The notes under the pieces: generated by a model
The model's input: the letters and a program-made list of their open reading frames with translations, nothing else
Database searches by the model: none
Told to the model about the DNA's origin: nothing
NCBI GenBank assembly: GCA_000708835.1
Contig: DF237073.1
Span: 62,001-126,000 of the forward strand
Reading direction: 5' to 3'
Source of the DNA: Klebsormidium nitens
Lineage: Eukaryota; Plantae; Klebsormidiophyceae
DNA length: 64,000 nt
Shown: piece after piece, positions 61,201-64,000 of the stretch
Layout of the letters: each line of letters begins with the position of its first letter
Numbering within the stretch: the first letter of the stretch is position 1
Translations under genes and position numbers: made by a program

Positions 61201-64000
61201 TGACCGTGCTGTCATCCCGCCATGCACCACCAATTGCAGCCAGCCTTTTCGTCCTCGAATCCGCAAAGCGGGTCAAAGAAGCCCCACTCATCGCTCGACA
61301 GGAGCTCTTACCATCTTATAAACTAGAACTGTCGCAAACAACTCTTCATCATTCCTTGCCTCTCCCTGTTACTTCGTCTCACTTACCCAATTCTTCAACT
61401 CCGCAGGAGAACGCGATTGTGCGGCGGCTGCCGAGCGTCGAGACCCTGGGCTGCACCAGCGTCATCTGTTCGGACAAGACCGGCACGCTGACCACCAACC
61501 AGATGTCCGTTGTCCGGCTCGTGTCCGTCGGCTTCACTCCGGGGGAGCTCCGCGAGTTTGTGGTCGAGGGCACGACCTATAATCCTGCGGACGGGGGGGT
61601 GGTAGGCCTGCCAATTGAAGGGGGGGGCTTGGACAAGAGCCTGGAGGCGATTGCGGAGATCTCGGCAGTGTGCAACGATGCGGGGCTGGCGTACAAGAAG
61701 GGCGCGTACGGAGCGACGGGAATGCCGACCGAGGCGGCGCTCAAGGTGCGAACAAGCAGTCAACTCATTCTCGCCGCATCTTTTTTCCCGGCCTAGCCTC
61801 TTCAACTGGCTGTCATTCCTGCTTCTCTCAGTCTGCCGTCTGATCATGCTTTTTGGCCTTCCATTTGCATCGCCCATATCATTCTGCAAGCTGTTCTTCC
61901 TTCTGTTTTTGAATCTGCATGTCCAATCGCGCCCGCGATCTAGTTGCTTGTAAACCCTAGCTCTGCACTAGCCGTCTTCAAGTAGTATCCGGCGTGTCTT
62001 TCATTCGTGCGTCGTGCTGACGTCGCCGTGTCGAACCCGGCAGGTACTGGTGGAGAAGCTGGGTGTACCGGACAAGGATCGGACGCAGGCCTTGCGAGAA
62101 GCACGGGCCGCCGACGCTGAGAATGCGGCTCTAGGTAAGCGCCACTGCTTGCAGAAACGGAAGCATGGCAAGATAATGTGATTCACTGGTTGTCTTTGAG
62201 TGTGGGTCAGGAACGAACCAGCTTTTGTATGGGCTGTTCACAGGGACCGTACAGCGTTTTGCACAGTGGACAGTTTCAAGCTGATCTAAGAGGATACGGA
62301 AACACTTCTCTGACTACCATATTTTCTGGGTTTCCGAACGTCCTCCGCCTAAGCTTTGTGTCCCGGAACGAGGCTTTGCACCGCATCGTGCCAACGATCC
62401 CACTCGATTGCATCGGAGGCTTCATAAGTCAATTGTCACATGCGTCGGCCTCTTAGTGTACCCCAACGCCCTGAATCATCACACTCAGGCTCCGAAAACC
62501 GGACCACAATTTGCCGCCCGTTTCGCAGGGGCGTGCCAAGATTACAAGGACGGGACGGCCCGGCTGGCGACGCTGGAGTTCGACCGTAATCGCAAGTCCA
62601 TGAGCGTCGTGTGCACCTCCAGTGCGCTGTTCGGTCTTGGGGGAAACAGGCTGCTCGTCAAGGTGAGCCGTCGTGCGTCAACCTTCGAGTTGTTTCGTGC
62701 GGCATCCCCATTGAGGCTGCAGACTGTCTTGTTTTTTAGGTTTTAGGGGTTTAGGGTTTCAGGCATTTGAGGTGGTAGGGTCATAGGAGAGTTTAAGCCG
62801 GCCCCAGCGCTTCAGCAGACGAGGAGATGCGAGGCTCGTTGAGCATGCATAAGGGTTGAGTATCTGATGTCAGCGTTTATGAATAGCCGCTGAACACAAC
62901 CTTACAAGCACAGTAGCAGTATATGACGCCCTACGTGAGAAGCCTAAGCTTTTTCAATACATCCAGGCCGCGGACGAGCTGCGTAGCGTTGCTGCTGAAG
63001 TGAACGCTCCTTCACTGGCAGAACCCAATCTTCATGTCAAGCAACCACATGTCACGATCATCGGCACTCATGTTTTGAAGGCCACGTTCTCATTTCGTCC
63101 TTTCAGGGCGCGGCGGAGTGCGTCCTGGCGCGGTGCAGCAAGGTGCTGCTCAGCTCCGGTCTCACGGTGCCCCTCGGAGACGACGTCCGGCCGCAAATCT
63201 TGGCCGCGGTTGACCGCATCACCTCGCGCGGCCTGCGCTGCCTCGCGTTCGGCGTCAAGACAAATTTGGGTGAGCGAACGGGTCCTTGTCGATAGTGCAG
63301 CGTGGGGTTAGGGCTGCGTAACCAGGTGCTAACAGCTTTTGTACGCCCCTAACCACGCTGCAAAAGATTCCGTGAAGCCGCTGGACAGTCAGAGTGAAGA
63401 ATCCAGGAGCAGCTCTCTTTTGGAAGCTTACCTCGGTCACCTTCTTAATAAGCAAAGTGAGGACGTCGAATGGAATCGACCGAGATCAAGGGAAGCATCG
63501 GCCCTTCTTTACAATTTGGCCGCTTGCTTGCTTTCGAAACTTCGAGTCCGTCGCCCAGTCCTTCATGCTTCTGTGATTGATGCTTTTGAGCCCTGCCTTT
63601 CTCCTTGATGTGCCTAGCAGTGGGGCGCCGTCGCAAACAGTTTGCATGCCGTAAGAGGAGCTGTGAAATTGAAGCAATCCGAAAAGTGCAGGCAAGGTCG
63701 AAGCTCGTGATTGCAAACCTCCGCTTGTACCCCGGAGATGTGAGCGAAGACATAGATTCTTTGAATACTTACGCTTTCGCTTCGTCGCAGGCGATCTGTC
63801 AAGTTACGATGGGAGCGAGGACCACCCGGGGCAGGCGCTGCTGCGGGACTCAGAAAATTACGCAGACGTTGAGAGCGACCTCACGTTCGTGGGCCTGGCG
63901 GGGCTGCAAGTAAGGAGCTTTCGCGGGATCGCACGTCAGAGCGCATCTCGGCGTTGAGCCACTTTGTACGTAGTCCAGGTTGGAAGAGGGGCACCTGGAA
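58275..64000 (+). CDS. ECA: P2A-type (ECA/SERCA) Ca2+-ATPase, 3'-truncated by the window edge; exons 58275-58517, 58815-59411, 59860-60209, 60750-61002, 61407-61745, 62044-62134, 62529-62662, 63107-63269, 63791-63909
   Basis: [121 protein letters not shown]; phases consistent. Confidence 0.95.
62734..62763 (+). repeat. Short interstitial telomere-like tract in an ECA intron
   Basis: TTTTAGG TTTTAGGGG TTTAGGG TTTCAGG, resembling plant/algal T3-4AG3 telomere units. Confidence 0.6.

Overview
Eukaryotic nuclear DNA: gene-dense, many GT-AG introns, GC3-rich internal exons. Gene content (HPAT, ABP1, HOL, DCD-Kelch, oleosin-like, nuclear plastid RPS10, ECA-type Ca2+ pump) points to an early-diverging streptophyte alga, Klebsormidium-like (inference). 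About 14 protein-coding loci were reconstructed by hand from splice sites and reading phase. No rRNA, tRNA, CRISPR array or intact transposon was found. Most notable: (1) a single spliced gene fusing an animal-type CoA synthase (PPAT+DPCK) to a C-terminal COG4339-like HD phosphohydrolase; (2) an intact ~110-aa coiled-coil-only paralog (microProtein-like) right behind its DCD-Kelch parent; (3) a P2A/ECA Ca2+-ATPase with a ~140-aa transit-peptide-like N-extension, head-to-head with plastid RPS10; (4) introns containing decayed copies of their own exon ends and fragments of unrelated genes, e.g. a frameshifted ZIFL-type MFS fragment; (5) a SMIM8-like small protein only 212 nt upstream of ABP1; (6) CpG depletion at gene 5' ends. 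All family assignments are from motif recognition; no database searches were run.
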